A DNA stretch of 61,492 bases, the filler included, from Sphacelaria rigidula (lineage: Eukaryota): assembly GCA_964200075.2 (NCBI GenBank). It is 9 parts of 9 records of this genome, joined end to end, with 100 filler letters (N's around TTAATTAATTAA, not from the genome) between each part and the next. Parts side by side here need not be neighbours in the genome. Positions count along the whole stretch, not along the records: positions 20,533 to 27,276 come from CAXNAA020018294.1; positions 27,377 to 34,120 come from CAXNAA020018295.1; positions 34,221 to 40,963 come from CAXNAA020018296.1; 6 more parts are not named here. The stretch is one strand, 5' to 3'. This document shows, piece by piece, positions 25,489-37,600 of the stretch (the first letter of the stretch is position 1; the number at the start of each line of letters is the position of its first letter). A program made the position numbers and the translations under genes. Below the pieces are notes generated by a model, which worked only from the letters and a program-made list of their open reading frames with translations, was not told where the DNA came from and did no database searches.

Positions 25489-26876
25489 TCTTGTTGACCT
25501 CGTCTTCCCCGTAGGATCGATATCTGTGTGTATCATCGGACACCGGGTAAGCCGGGCGGGGGTCATTCACATGAAATCATGTTGAGACGAGTCTCGTCTG
25601 ATTTCCTCAGCGTCCGTTTTACGCGGATGAGAGTACTTCTCGTACACCGCGTTTCCCGCTGCTGACTCCCTACACAATGTGCCAACGCCCGAGATCGCCA
25701 ATACATATACATACGAGTATACATCAGTGTTGGATATCGTCAACTATCGCGTGCAGACGATATCGAACTCTCAGCGCTCGTGACTGATACACCTTCGAAA
25801 CAACTCGGCGAGGCGAGTGATGCTACGACAGAGGTTGGGCGGTGTTCGATTCCACGAAAAACAGGAACTCAAAAGGCAGGTGTGTCAGACGAAGTAAGTG
25901 CTCGCGGTGTGTTTGTATTTGGGTGAAAACGGTGTCAAGTGGTGTGAAAGAGTGTATCATTGCTGACAAGCGCGTTCGAACACATCTTGATGCTTTCAGT
26001 GACGATTTGAGGTGGAACTTCGCCGGAGAAATAGCCAAAATGCCCCCCCCGCCCCCTATCGTAGTTGAGTGATGTGCGAGTGCAGCGAACGGGCGCGTTC
26101 AGTCGTGCGCTTGGTGTGCAAGCCCCGAACGCCCCCCCTCCCGGCTGGCGAGGCAGTCCCACTGGAGGCGCCACCGTGCAGGCCAAAGGATTGGGCCACT
26201 TGGCTTCATTTTTCATCGAAGTCGGCCTAATAAAGCAAGGCCTCCCAGCCCACGACAAAACCCAATAATCACTACGACACACTAGGCATGCCCATTTTGC
26301 TCGCAAGAGCAGACTTGCACAAAGAAAAAAGTCAAGCACAAAGTCGGTCTGCAGTTCACAGCGATACACTTATATGAGGCAATTTCGGAAAACTGAAACA
26401 GCGTTGGGCCGGTGGTATGAACGTTTCTAGGCTGGCTCAGCTCGTAACCCAAAGGAAAAGATTCGAAAAGAAGCACAGCACCCGGACCTGCTCGGAGGAA
26501 TTACAACAGCAGAGTAAGGAGCACAGCAGGAAGGTATGGCAAATTTATGTCACCTTTTTTTTTGTATTACTTGTATTTTGCCCAGGTCACCACAGCAGGG
26601 CATTACACAGGGTGACGACTGAAGACACCGGGCACCTCCGTATTGAATCAAATGTGCGATTGTTTAGTGAATTGGCACACGACCTCATGACAGCATGTGA
26701 CTTGAAATAGAGGATTGTTATGGACACAAGCCACACATCCAGACACCACCAGAGAAAAAAAATCCACGGGCAAACCACACCTAGACACAGATGCAATAAC
26801 ACGGGGGTTCACAAAAAAAATGCGGATATATATTATTTTGAGGATAAGCCTTGGGGACGGAATAAAAAAAACACAA

Positions 26877-27115
26877 GTGCAATCTCCGGCCGCGATGTGT
26901 GGCCTCGCTCATCCTCAGAGGCAACCATCCGCAATTAATTTGTAAGCTCCCTTTTCACGAACAATTCAACAATCTCGACCTCGGTTTCCCGAACAACAAA
27001 CTGTTCTTATTTGTCATAATCCCCTGTGAACACGGGCGGATTTACAAATAATTGCGAAATACTTTCTGATGATGAGCAAGGCCACATATTATCACGACCG
27101 GAGTGTATCTGCACT
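26877..27115. repeat. Degenerate inverted repeat (about 75-bp arms)
   Basis: CTCCGGCCGCGATGTGTGGCCTCGCTCATCCTCAGA...CGCAATTAATTTGTAA versus TTTACAAATAATTGCG...TCTGATGATGAGCAAGGCCACAT...CGACCGGAG. Confidence 0.65.
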
Positions 27116-27276
27116 TTTTCCCGACCATATTCCAGTGGTCGTGAAGGTCCTCAAGGCTCACATACCAACACAGTAGTACCCACCGCCAATCAACAGAGGA
27201 TTCTATAAAATGAGGTCCATCAATGAAATGAGGTTCGAGCTCAAAACGGTACTTTCTCCACACTTTCAGCGATGGT

Positions 27277-27376
27277 NNNNNNNNNNNNNNNNNNNNNNNN
27301 NNNNNNNNNNNNNNNNNNNNTTAATTAATTAANNNNNNNNNNNNNNNNNNNNNNNNNNNNNNNNNNNNNNNNNNNN
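27277..27376. other. Artificial contig spacer
   Basis: 44 N + TTAATTAATTAA + 44 N. Confidence 0.99.
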
Positions 27377-28924
27377 GGGTGGGGGGGGGGGGCTGGGGCG
27401 AGGGGGGGAAGGGGGGGCTGAGGGGGGGCGGGGGGGGGCGTGCTGCCGCGGAATATCAGACTGCAGGGGATGGGATATAAAAATGCGCATGAGTAATATA
27501 TCTGCGTTTCTCCGTCGCGTAATTAAGGACCCAGACATGAACATCACAAAAATAAACCGCTCTACATGCGACGCAGCACCAGCATCAGCCCGTGCACACG
27601 AAACATAACTGATTCTCGGTGTTTACACAGACAAGCTACACACTGCACATATACACACGAGCATAAACGCACGTTGCTGCAAGGACCCAGCCTGAACCGT
27701 ACTGCAACCATTAGAAGTCGACGTGGTGAAGAAAGGCATGCAACCATGGAGTGAGGAGGCTGTTGGCCCAGCCCACCAACCCTTGCAGAAAGTCGAAGAG
27801 GCGTCAGAATTGCATCGGCCCTACGCTGGAATTCGTACTGCCTCCTTGCAAGCGGGACCGTAAATTCTTCCGTGGGATGGGAGGATTGATTCAACAAATG
27901 CATTGCTCTCCTTCCTCCTCTCGAGCATCAACATTTGGAGTTGACCTCAAAACCGCGGCACGGCACCGGGACCAACAGCTTGAAGAAACACTCCTTTCAC
28001 TGTACGACTATGGACAAGGCACTGTGTTCGCCGGGCTAACTCAGTCAAGTCCTAAAATGTATTCACGGATTCCTTCGTGTGTGCATGACCGGAAAAAGTT
28101 GGGGGAAGGAACCATTTTATCCCGTTGGCGAAAAGCGTGCCGCCAACCCGAACCGAAACATGGCAATGACGGACAACGCACCCACGCACCCCGCCTCCCC
28201 TCCCCCCGACAACGCGTGCATCCGTGTCGATGGAAACAGGTACTCTGGGGAGAGATGGATTAATGGCCGGCCCCACATTACAACGACCAGGGATCCGTAG
28301 ACGCCCCACTGCCGATAACACGACGTAACGACAGACAGTAGAGAACAAGCACGGTAGGGCAGCAGAGGTACAGCGAAAGTTGATGTCAAGAGGACGAACT
28401 CCGAATATGTGCGTGTATGTATCATGTGATTTCTCCACGTTACGATATGATACTCCATGCATACACACGGCCCAACTACTGATAGTATGAGTCTCCGAAC
28501 ACAACACCCATACCCGCCGCACTTGCTAACTTTAATAAACCGAAAAGATTGATGCAGTGCAAATGCAAGAGTTACCCCGTTCGCCAGACAAGGCCTACTG
28601 CGAGGCCGCTTCCTACGATCCGAAATAGGACTTCCTCCCGGAAAGCGCCTTTTCGGTCCTTCGGTGGCATCTTTCGCACGAGACGGGGGAGCTAGGCGGA
28701 TTCTGTCAGCTCGGAATGAACTGGCCTACTATTCGAGCGGGACTCTGACGAACTTTCGTGCTTTTCGGTAGACGCAGTTTGTGGACGGAACTGGAGGCTT
28801 TCCGCACTGATCATCGAAAAACGCCGAAACGCGCCGAAACGTGCAAAAACCCCGCAATGTTTCTTCAACTTTTACCCCAAGAAACGAAAAGGTGCCCCGG
28901 AATCGCCGTCTCGAAGAGTACATA

Positions 28925-29387
28925 CCCTGGACAAGAGATGACAAAGGCGAAAACTGTACGTGTGTTGTGTGTGTTACCATCCCACCTCGTTCAGACACCA
29001 GTCTACACCGTTAGGTATATGCGGGCGCATCAGTCGGCCTCATACAGGAGGGAGGTCAACACGAGAGTTTTTACTTTGTTTTGGTACTTCACCTTTCTTC
29101 TGGGGTACTTGCCTTCTTTTCTAAACACGAAAGGGGTTCAGTGGTCCCTTTCCCTCGTCGACCGTGAAGTAGAACTTCGTGTACTCACGATAACTTTCGC
29201 TCTCCACTGTTGGGCATGGTGTGAGAAAAAATCCCAGATCGTGTGACTTCACCGAGATTGGAACCCACGACCCAACCGTCAGTAGGCTTCGAGGATACCA
29301 AGTGAGCAACCGGAGTAACTGGTGCAATAGACAAAAGTTTCGATACTGTGAAATACGCTTTAAGTTAATGCAATCTATTCTCCAGGG
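28925..29387. mobile_element. CCCTGGACAA mini-MITE interrupted by a SINE
   Basis: TA|CCCTGGACAAGAG ... CTATTCTCCAGGG|TG. Uninterrupted 130-bp copies at 36667-36796 and 49362-49491. Confidence 0.65.
28960..29318 (-). mobile_element. tRNA-derived SINE family A, full length
   Basis: Minus-strand head with A-box-like TGCTCACTTGG (29308-29298) and B-box-like GGTTCCAATCT (29265-29255). Body shared with 20683-20921. (CA)-rich tail. Confidence 0.8.
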
Positions 29388-31430
29388 TGTGAAATAGTAT
29401 ATACAGGAAGTCATCGCGATATCATAATCTGACCAGCCCTCCTCTGTGGCGGAAAACCACACCGAAGGGCCAGAAAGGTACTCAACTTGAAGATATCCTT
29501 TCTTTCACAATCAGAAGCGGACTTGTTACAGAATCTTTCATTTCAATGCGGGCCCCTTAGAGGGCTTCACAGCCAAGATAATGTCAGTGTGTGAATGACC
29601 TGTCGGTAGAACGATACGAAGACTTTCGGTCGCAATACTGCATGAGCCAGGTATCAATTACTTTTGACACGTGTTAATATCAGGTACCTCCGTGTTCTAC
29701 CGTACCCACCAACACCTCTTTACCCCGCATGACTCGTTTCCTGCCACCGGTAACACGTGGCCCAATACGATTGGCTTGAAGTCAGCCGACGTGGATGCAG
29801 TCGGCAATTCCTGTGAGATGAGCTCGGGTTACCCAAGTCACGTTTTTCCGTTCAGTTCGCAACCCTCAAGACATCGGTGACGCTCGACGCCTTGTCTCTT
29901 ACAATAGAAACCCAATCTCTCGTCCGCTCGCGGCGGATTTGAGAGACAACCACTCGCCGGTCATAATATTCTGCCAACACCGATGAGATCATATCCATTT
30001 ACACAATGAGTGAGGCCACATCAAGTATACCTACATGAATGTTGGGCCCTTCCCTTTCCTGCGGATACACCGATATTGTCATCATGGCGTCTTCAAGCAG
30101 AGGCGATATCTCATGACGTATACATAGCTGTACAGCTTCGAGCCTGGGCTCTACGGAAGTTAGCACGACCGCCTGCTGCATATGCATTGTGTTAGTGCAC
30201 GTGTTTCCCACGTGTCCAATGACTGCTCGGGATATCTCAGTGGATCCTTGAATGCGAGGCAATTGGGGATCGTTTCCTGTTGGACCAACGGAACGTAAAA
30301 CATACCGCGGGTGATTGAGTACGCCATCCTGATCTGCAAGAAACCCAACGTCGGTTTGCTCGTGATTTGCGGCGAGCACGCCGCCAGCAGCTGTGGGATT
30401 GTAAATCCTTCAACGAAATCTTTCGACGGACGATATATTCTAGCGGTGCGGGGCCTCATCTACAGATAAAATAGTGTCCGGGTTCCCTTTCGCCTCGGGT
30501 GCTACACCGGATGCAAGGGCATTTCACGGAATGGGTCGTCACCACATGAATTACACGTGGATTCAATCAGTGTGATTCCCTGCGCGCTCGAAGGGTCGGC
30601 ATTGTGATCGACAAGAGATGCTACGCGCGCATTGAGCATCGAATCAGCCACCTGTATGTACCGACGTCACCTTTGGGGATATACAGACGCCACCACCGTC
30701 ATTCGGTCCACAAATAGTAGCCCTTGCCGACACAGCGGGGGGAAGACGGGCAGCCGAGAACTGCCGGGCGTGGAGCCCGAATGAGCCCACACATCGCGAT
30801 ATATCGAACCTGGCAAGCCTAAATGTGTGTACGCCCAGCACTACTTTGCAAATGCAAAAGGCTACGCATGTGATCGAACGATGAATCAAACCACGGACAT
30901 GTGGAAGGGAGCCCTGGCAGTGCTATCAAGTGTGCTTACCAGAAGAGCGCGGATGAGCTTGGATGCAGACTTTTCTCGTCTTGCTTTTTGGGCTTGAAGC
31001 TGCTCGATGTCCTTCTCGATTTTCAGTAGCAGCCTCTTCAGCTTAGAATTCTCCACGAATGTTGAGGAATAGTTTGTCTGAGGCGATAAAAACACAGTCA
31101 AATCCATAATCGTGAACCCGCCGAAGGAGGCGAAACGGTCACAAACACTGGTGTAGCAACAAGAATACATGTTCACCTAGCAGGATAGGCCTAACAGCAC
31201 ACAGGCCCGCATTCTATGAAGAAGAATTCCCAGCGATTGGCTGTGCACTCAGATTGCGACCACAGCACATGATTGTACAGGAGGCCTACGACGGTGCAAA
31301 CGATCTTATCGCACTCCGTCTGTGCCTGGGAGAGCGGAGAGCTACCAATACAAGTGCTATGCACACTACAGCAAGCATGAAACCCTCCCAGCTGTCGTGA
31401 AGAGCAACCACTTCCGCTCGTTCTGGGAAT

Positions 31431-31730
31431 AACAGCGTATTCGTGAGATTGAGAGTCGAGCGCTGATTGAGAGTGGCTTCGGTCATTCGCTTTGACTAAG
31501 CTATTTGTTCATTCCGTGTGTGCTTTTCTTTGCCTCCATCACTGGCGTGTGCTTACAGCTACACGTCGATATCCATCTCAGGGATATCAAGGGCCTCCGT
31601 GGCAAGCTCCTCCAGAAAGCATTTCGGGCATCGTGGAAGGGCATTTCGGAACTGAAACGCTTCATTCATGGATTGACCGCTTTTCACTTTCAATCGTATC
31701 CTCTACTCTCAGTATCACGAAAACATTGTT
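31431..31730 (+). mobile_element. AACAATG-type MITE (300 bp) with a perfect 4-bp TSD
   Basis: GAAT|AACAGCGTATTCGTGAGATTGAGAGT ... ACTCTCAGTATCACGAAAACATTGTT|GAAT. Colinear with 13781-14081. Confidence 0.92.
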
Positions 31731-34120
31731 GAATGTGAAGCGCTTCGCCCACAAAAGGAACAGCTGCTCCTCTACTGAAGACGCCACAAACGCAAACAGC
31801 TAAAGCGCGTGTATCACCGAAGACTAGGAGAAACGTTCAGGAACCAACTGGCTAGGGCATTGATATCGACGTCACGTGACCACGTTGACCATCATGTTTG
31901 TGCTCATTTCGCACGACTGCAGCGTGTAGACAAGCCCTCAAATCTCATCAGCACGTTCGGCAAGTTCATATACTACATTTCAGGTCTTCTTCCAAGGGTC
32001 TCTTGGCGCATGCCGACCGCTCGGCAGCCTTCACCCCGTGTCGATGGCTTCTCTCAGCATGGATATCACTAGTAGGCGCGGGCACCCCTCTCTACACTAG
32101 GAGAACCGAGGGATACAGGGACTACAGCTGTAACGAACGTTCCCTCTGCCCCCAACAACGCCGACGTAGAGCTATTTTGCAAACGTGTAGTCAAAGCAGC
32201 TGACCTTCCAAGCTGCACCGTGGCTGAGTGACGTACCAGTAGACCGAGAACCGGTTTGTCACTGGTTTGCGCTTCATACCATATGGTCGGCGGTCAGCAC
32301 AGCTACATTTCATTGGTCCGTGAAGGCTTTGAAGCGATATGCCCGGGGAGCTACAGCACTGACGCGCTGTGGGAGCAAGCTTCGCCGTGGCATGAACTCA
32401 GATGTCTACTTTAGGTCCACCCTGTAATGCGCGAGAGGACCGCGTGCTTGGGGGACCGTATCATTGCCCGAAACACCTCAGGATCGACGTTTTTCAAAAC
32501 CAATCGGATCAGTCCCTGCAGGGACCACGCCCCTGACCCTAACCCCAACACTAACCATACGGATGTTCATACTCCGATGCGGTCCTCTAAGCACGCGGTC
32601 CTCTAGTGCATTGCACACCCGCTTCCGCGCACAAATACTTCCTGACCTAAACGCTACAGCAGAAAAAGGTGTACAGCAGACCATCCTCCAGGATACCACC
32701 TTCGGGTGATGCCTTGGCTCTTTCTGGCACAACATTTATACGTTGTATTTTATCCCCTCAAAATGCTACCTTCTAACAATAGCCTTAGGATCCCAAGAAA
32801 AACATCACTCGGCATTTCATGGACCGTTTCTGCGGCACTGGATAGTGGTAGTGTTCAGTTGTGCGACGGGAGACGAGAGGGGGGAGGCTGGGTGCAATCT
32901 CGGATGGGTTGCTGTGCTTCTCCTGCAACGAGCTATAGTCTTCCATCTTGTGGGGCAACTCCCTCCACTGAACGTGCCGTGCCATGTACTATGCGTGTAC
33001 TACAATATTCCCGTTTTTCGTATCCACGGCACTACGCGTGAATGCCGCACTTCCGAGTTTTGAAGGGGTCGGCGCTCAAGGATTTGATTTCACCACTAAG
33101 GTTGAACCCCGTCAACCCTGGCACAGCCATTCGTTTGCCATCAAGATCACGAGGCAGCATGCCATCTCTCGCACGTGCACATGAAAGTGCCCATCTATAT
33201 ACTAAGCACGAGATTTTCTCCGAGTCGATGCTGCCCACAAAATCGATTGCCACCCGAGGAAACACCGAGGGTGCCGCAGTGAGACGCCTACGCTTTATCC
33301 TGCAGTTGCTACTCGTACGCAGTCAGTCCTTCTCCAGTGAACACGCGTGCGCCACTACGAACACTTGTGACTAGATTTTGACGTTTGGATGCTTCTGCGT
33401 AGAAATCCTCAGTACCATGCAGTGACAGGTTAAACGCCGTCGAAGGTCATTCTAATTAGCAAAGACTGTGCACTGCTGCCGTGAAATTTCGCGGTTATCG
33501 AACGACTTCAAGAGGTGAATCTCCCAACACCGAAACGTTCACGGCCTCGCTACATTCGAAAACATCGACTGATAAAAACACCGTACACCGCGGGCGGTGC
33601 TGACGTACCATCGTTCAAGGTGCGATAGAGTCGGCATGTCGGTATCCACTACTAGCATCACCGACTGGCGGTTGGCAACCACAGCCACACACACACCTTT
33701 GCCACCCCTGCTTTGAGTGTTTGACGCCTTTCCAACATGGATGTCTCTTGACTGGATACCCTCGTTGCTCTCCATATCACAAAGCCGGCCAGAACCTGTC
33801 AGGGATAACACCGAAACAACGGCACCGTGAGCCATCCCATGCTAGGGAGGGGGGGGTATTTGAACAAATCGTTGCACAGGTGACGGTGCCACAATGAGGC
33901 GTCGCTTCAGTCGTACCATCCTGCCGTCGTTGGTCTAGACGGTGGAAATAGGCAAATAGCTGCAGAGGGCCACGGTAGAGATGAGTGTCCGTTTTCCGAA
34001 TTAATTTCCGACGAAGCCACTTGCGGACAATGATCGACCCCCCCCCCCACCCATCGCCCGCCAGCCACCGAGGCCCCCCCCCCCCCCACCCCCCCACCCC
34101 CCCCACCCGCACGCCCCAAC

Positions 34121-34220
34121 NNNNNNNNNNNNNNNNNNNNNNNNNNNNNNNNNNNNNNNNNNNNTTAATTAATTAANNNNNNNNNNNNNNNNNNNNNNNN
34201 NNNNNNNNNNNNNNNNNNNN
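34121..34220. other. Artificial contig spacer
   Basis: 44 N + TTAATTAATTAA + 44 N. Confidence 0.99.
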
Positions 34221-34633
34221 CTCATGTGAAGGGGGGGGGGGGGGGGGGGACTAATGATCATACATGCCATGGTCATCTGGCATTTGAAGGGGGGGGGGGC
34301 ATACATTTTCCGGAAAGTATACCCGAGCGAATTTCGACGGTGCTGCTAGCCAATTACTCAGTTTTCGTTCCCGTCATGCTTTGTTGGGCATAGCATATGC
34401 ACCTCAATCTGATACTACGTGCCCCCCCCCCCTTCTCCCCGCCCCCTTTTCTGTGAGGATGTAATGTTCTCAAACTAAACAAACGTTGCATGTTTGTCCT
34501 GGAGCTCATGCATCAAATGCCTCTTGTGAATAAAACGACGCTGCTCATTCGTTCATCTCTTCATTTATTTACCTTCCCCCCCCCCCCTGCCCCTCCACAC
34601 CTTTACAACGCCATGGCTTGCTTGGTGGTTTAG

Positions 34634-37600
34634 GCGTGGAACGATCGCGACGAAATCAACTGGATGTCCGTGACAATCGGCTTCGCGTCGATCGCGATTT
34701 ACTTGGGTCTCAAGCGATACAACGCCCACCTGAAAATGAAAGGGGTTTCTGGCTGTTTCTTGCCGGAGGCTCTGTCCGCGGTCATCTTGTGCACGCTGTT
34801 TTCGTGGGCCGGTGAGCCTCCGTAAACACGAACGAATTTACATGCAATGAAAGCGAAATCGATTTTGAAGGCTGATCACTTGTTGTTGTCGCAGTCGTTG
34901 TGACAGCTGTCGGTTTTCTCGGTCATCCCGTCATCGGATAGCAGGAATTGTGTGTTGATTTCGGGTCTTGTTACCCGGTGTGTCGCTAATACCCCTTTAC
35001 GGCGTCATGCACCTTGTACTCCGCTAGTTCCCGCTTGGCATAGAAGGTCACGGTCAAGTATACACGCACGCCCTCACGCTCATCTGAACCGCACAACCTG
35101 TCTTGAACGTCGATCATTCCCTTCCCCTGCGCTGTCGAAATCTGCACCCAGCTGACCTGCAAGAGTCGTTCGGGGTGGATATTGTGGGGCCGATTCCACC
35201 CGGCCTTCCGCCCCCGAAATTCCCTCGTCTCGACAAGCTGACGTCGCTGGCGATGGTGAGAGATTTCGCAGGAGTGGCTCTCGTGGCGGCGATCGTGGCA
35301 TTTATCGTGACGCACAGCATAGCCAAAAGCCTCGCCGGCTCGACGGAGGTGTGGGAGCATCTGTTGCGTATGTGTGTGGCTGCGCTATTCTGTCCGTTTC
35401 AACATACTTTGTGGCCGGCTTATTATTGTTTTTTCCCGTGTTTGTCGAGATCTTCGGTATTCTCGGCGTTATTTTGGTGTTGTGTGTGTTGCTCATGTTT
35501 TTTTGTCGTGCTCATCGTCCTCGTCAGTATCGTCGAGGTGGTTGTTTGGACAACGTTACGTGATCCCAGAGGGAGGCCGTGCATTACGTCGCTCTATTGA
35601 AGTACGGTACCTTCCCCAATCCTCCACGGGGACAGCGGCCGTGCCATCGTTCCTTCATCACCGCTCTTGTGCCACAGGTTTCCAGCGTGAGCACCCCACA
35701 ACCCCTCCCCCCCCAGAAAAAACCCCAGCGACCCCTTTGTGTTTTGTGACTGGTGTGTACTGATCCAAGGCTCACTTCACATTTTGACGTTGCTTTTCTC
35801 GCTTTCGTCTTCACTTCTTGTGTTGGACGGTGCGCAGATTAAGGCAACACCTCAGCTCTTCGCGTTCGGGGCCGCAAACCTGATGGGCTCCATGTTCTCT
35901 GCCTTGCCGGGATCGGCCTCTTTGAGCCGAGGTGAGTTCGAGGCTATAGGAGAAGGAAATCTCATGTTCGTATCAACATATAGAGCATGCCCCGCCTCCC
36001 CTGGGGTATATATGTGGGTTTACTTGGTGTAATAAGAGTCCAGCCCGTAATGTCGAGTCGGGGTGAAACGTCTCTCAGGGGCAGACTGTTGTTGAGTTTG
36101 TGTGCAATTTCACTGTACGGTAGTGGTACTGTCTGTACAACATCAAAGTTTCCCTTTCAAAACCTGTCGTACTGTTTCGGTGCTCGCTGAATCTCGCACG
36201 TGAAGGTCTCACGCACGAAATAACATGTAACGTTCACTCGTCTATCCCCCCTTACGTGATGACGGATTAGGTCCGAATCACCGGCCATCGTCTCGTTTGG
36301 GAGGGAATGGGTGAAATCATGGTACAGTGTGGCTTGTGCGATGAATGAAGGCCGTGGTCCATGCCTACGCTTTCGCGATTGTTCAAACTGGAACACCTTC
36401 CCCCTGTTCACCCCATCCCCTTCCCCCTCGCTCACCCCCCCTCGCTCACCCGGTTGGGGCGCACGAACGCGGACACCCCGCCCCATGCTTGACCGCACGC
36501 TGTCGCATACATGGCTCGAGGAAACAGCGGCCATCATCGACGCGCTAGGCGCGCGCACGATCGTGCACAACGTGTATACGTTCTGTCTCATGACGGCGGT
36601 TCTGCTCTTCCTCAGCCCCCTGCTGGAGGTAAATATGTGTGCTTGTATATAAACACTTGGATCACTCCCTGGACACGAGGTGATATTGTCATAAAGTGTA
36701 CTGCGTACAGCTTGGAATCTTCCGTGTAATACAGTGGACGCGGTAGAGTCGATACTGTGCGCAGCACATTTTGAAAATGTAATCCCTTGTCCAGCGTACG
36801 CACTTGATACATGGGTATGCGAAGGCTTCGCCTGGCTGTGGCTCCTTCCGGGGAGCGGGGGTCGGTGTTCGACGCAAAGGTTATGTTCAGTACAGGAGTT
36901 GATTTGAGTTTTTCCTGCTCATGGTGTCGGAATGCATGTTTATTTTGGAGCGACACGGAGTTTGGTGCCTTTGTCTAGGGTGAAAACATGTTGCGTTCGA
37001 GACGGGGCAGTGATATGGCATGGAGGAGTGCCGAAAGAAAATGAGATTGTTTTGAACAGCCGGGCAGGTAAACATCCATCTTTGAGCTTGTTCCAGCGTC
37101 TTGGGCCGGGTCTTGGGGTATACAGATTTTTGGCCCACAGATTATTCACTTTTGGGACGTTTGAGACACTTTTTGACCCCCAATCAGGGAAAATCGCCAA
37201 CACACGTCTCGGACACTTTGCATCACCCCACAGAGAGAAGCCTAATCTGCTTTCCAGATTCCCTTGGCTCCGAGCTTTCGAGATTGGCCGCTGAACAAAA
37301 CTTCGTGTGCAACAAAATCTGTGGCGATCTCCATAGATTATTGGGCAAACTGGCGGGGGTCGGCAAGCACAGATTATTGCACACGAATTTTTGGTCAGCG
37401 GCCAATCTCGAAACCTCGGAGCCAAGCGAATCTGAAAAGCAGACGAGGCTCTTATCCTCTCTGTGGGATGATGCAAAGTGTCTGAGACGTGTGTTGGCTG
37501 TTTTCTTGTTTTGGGGGTCAAAAGGTGGGTCAAAAGGTGGGTTAAACGTCCCAAAAGTGAACGATTCGTGGGTCAAAAATCTGCTTGCCATAACATCCGG

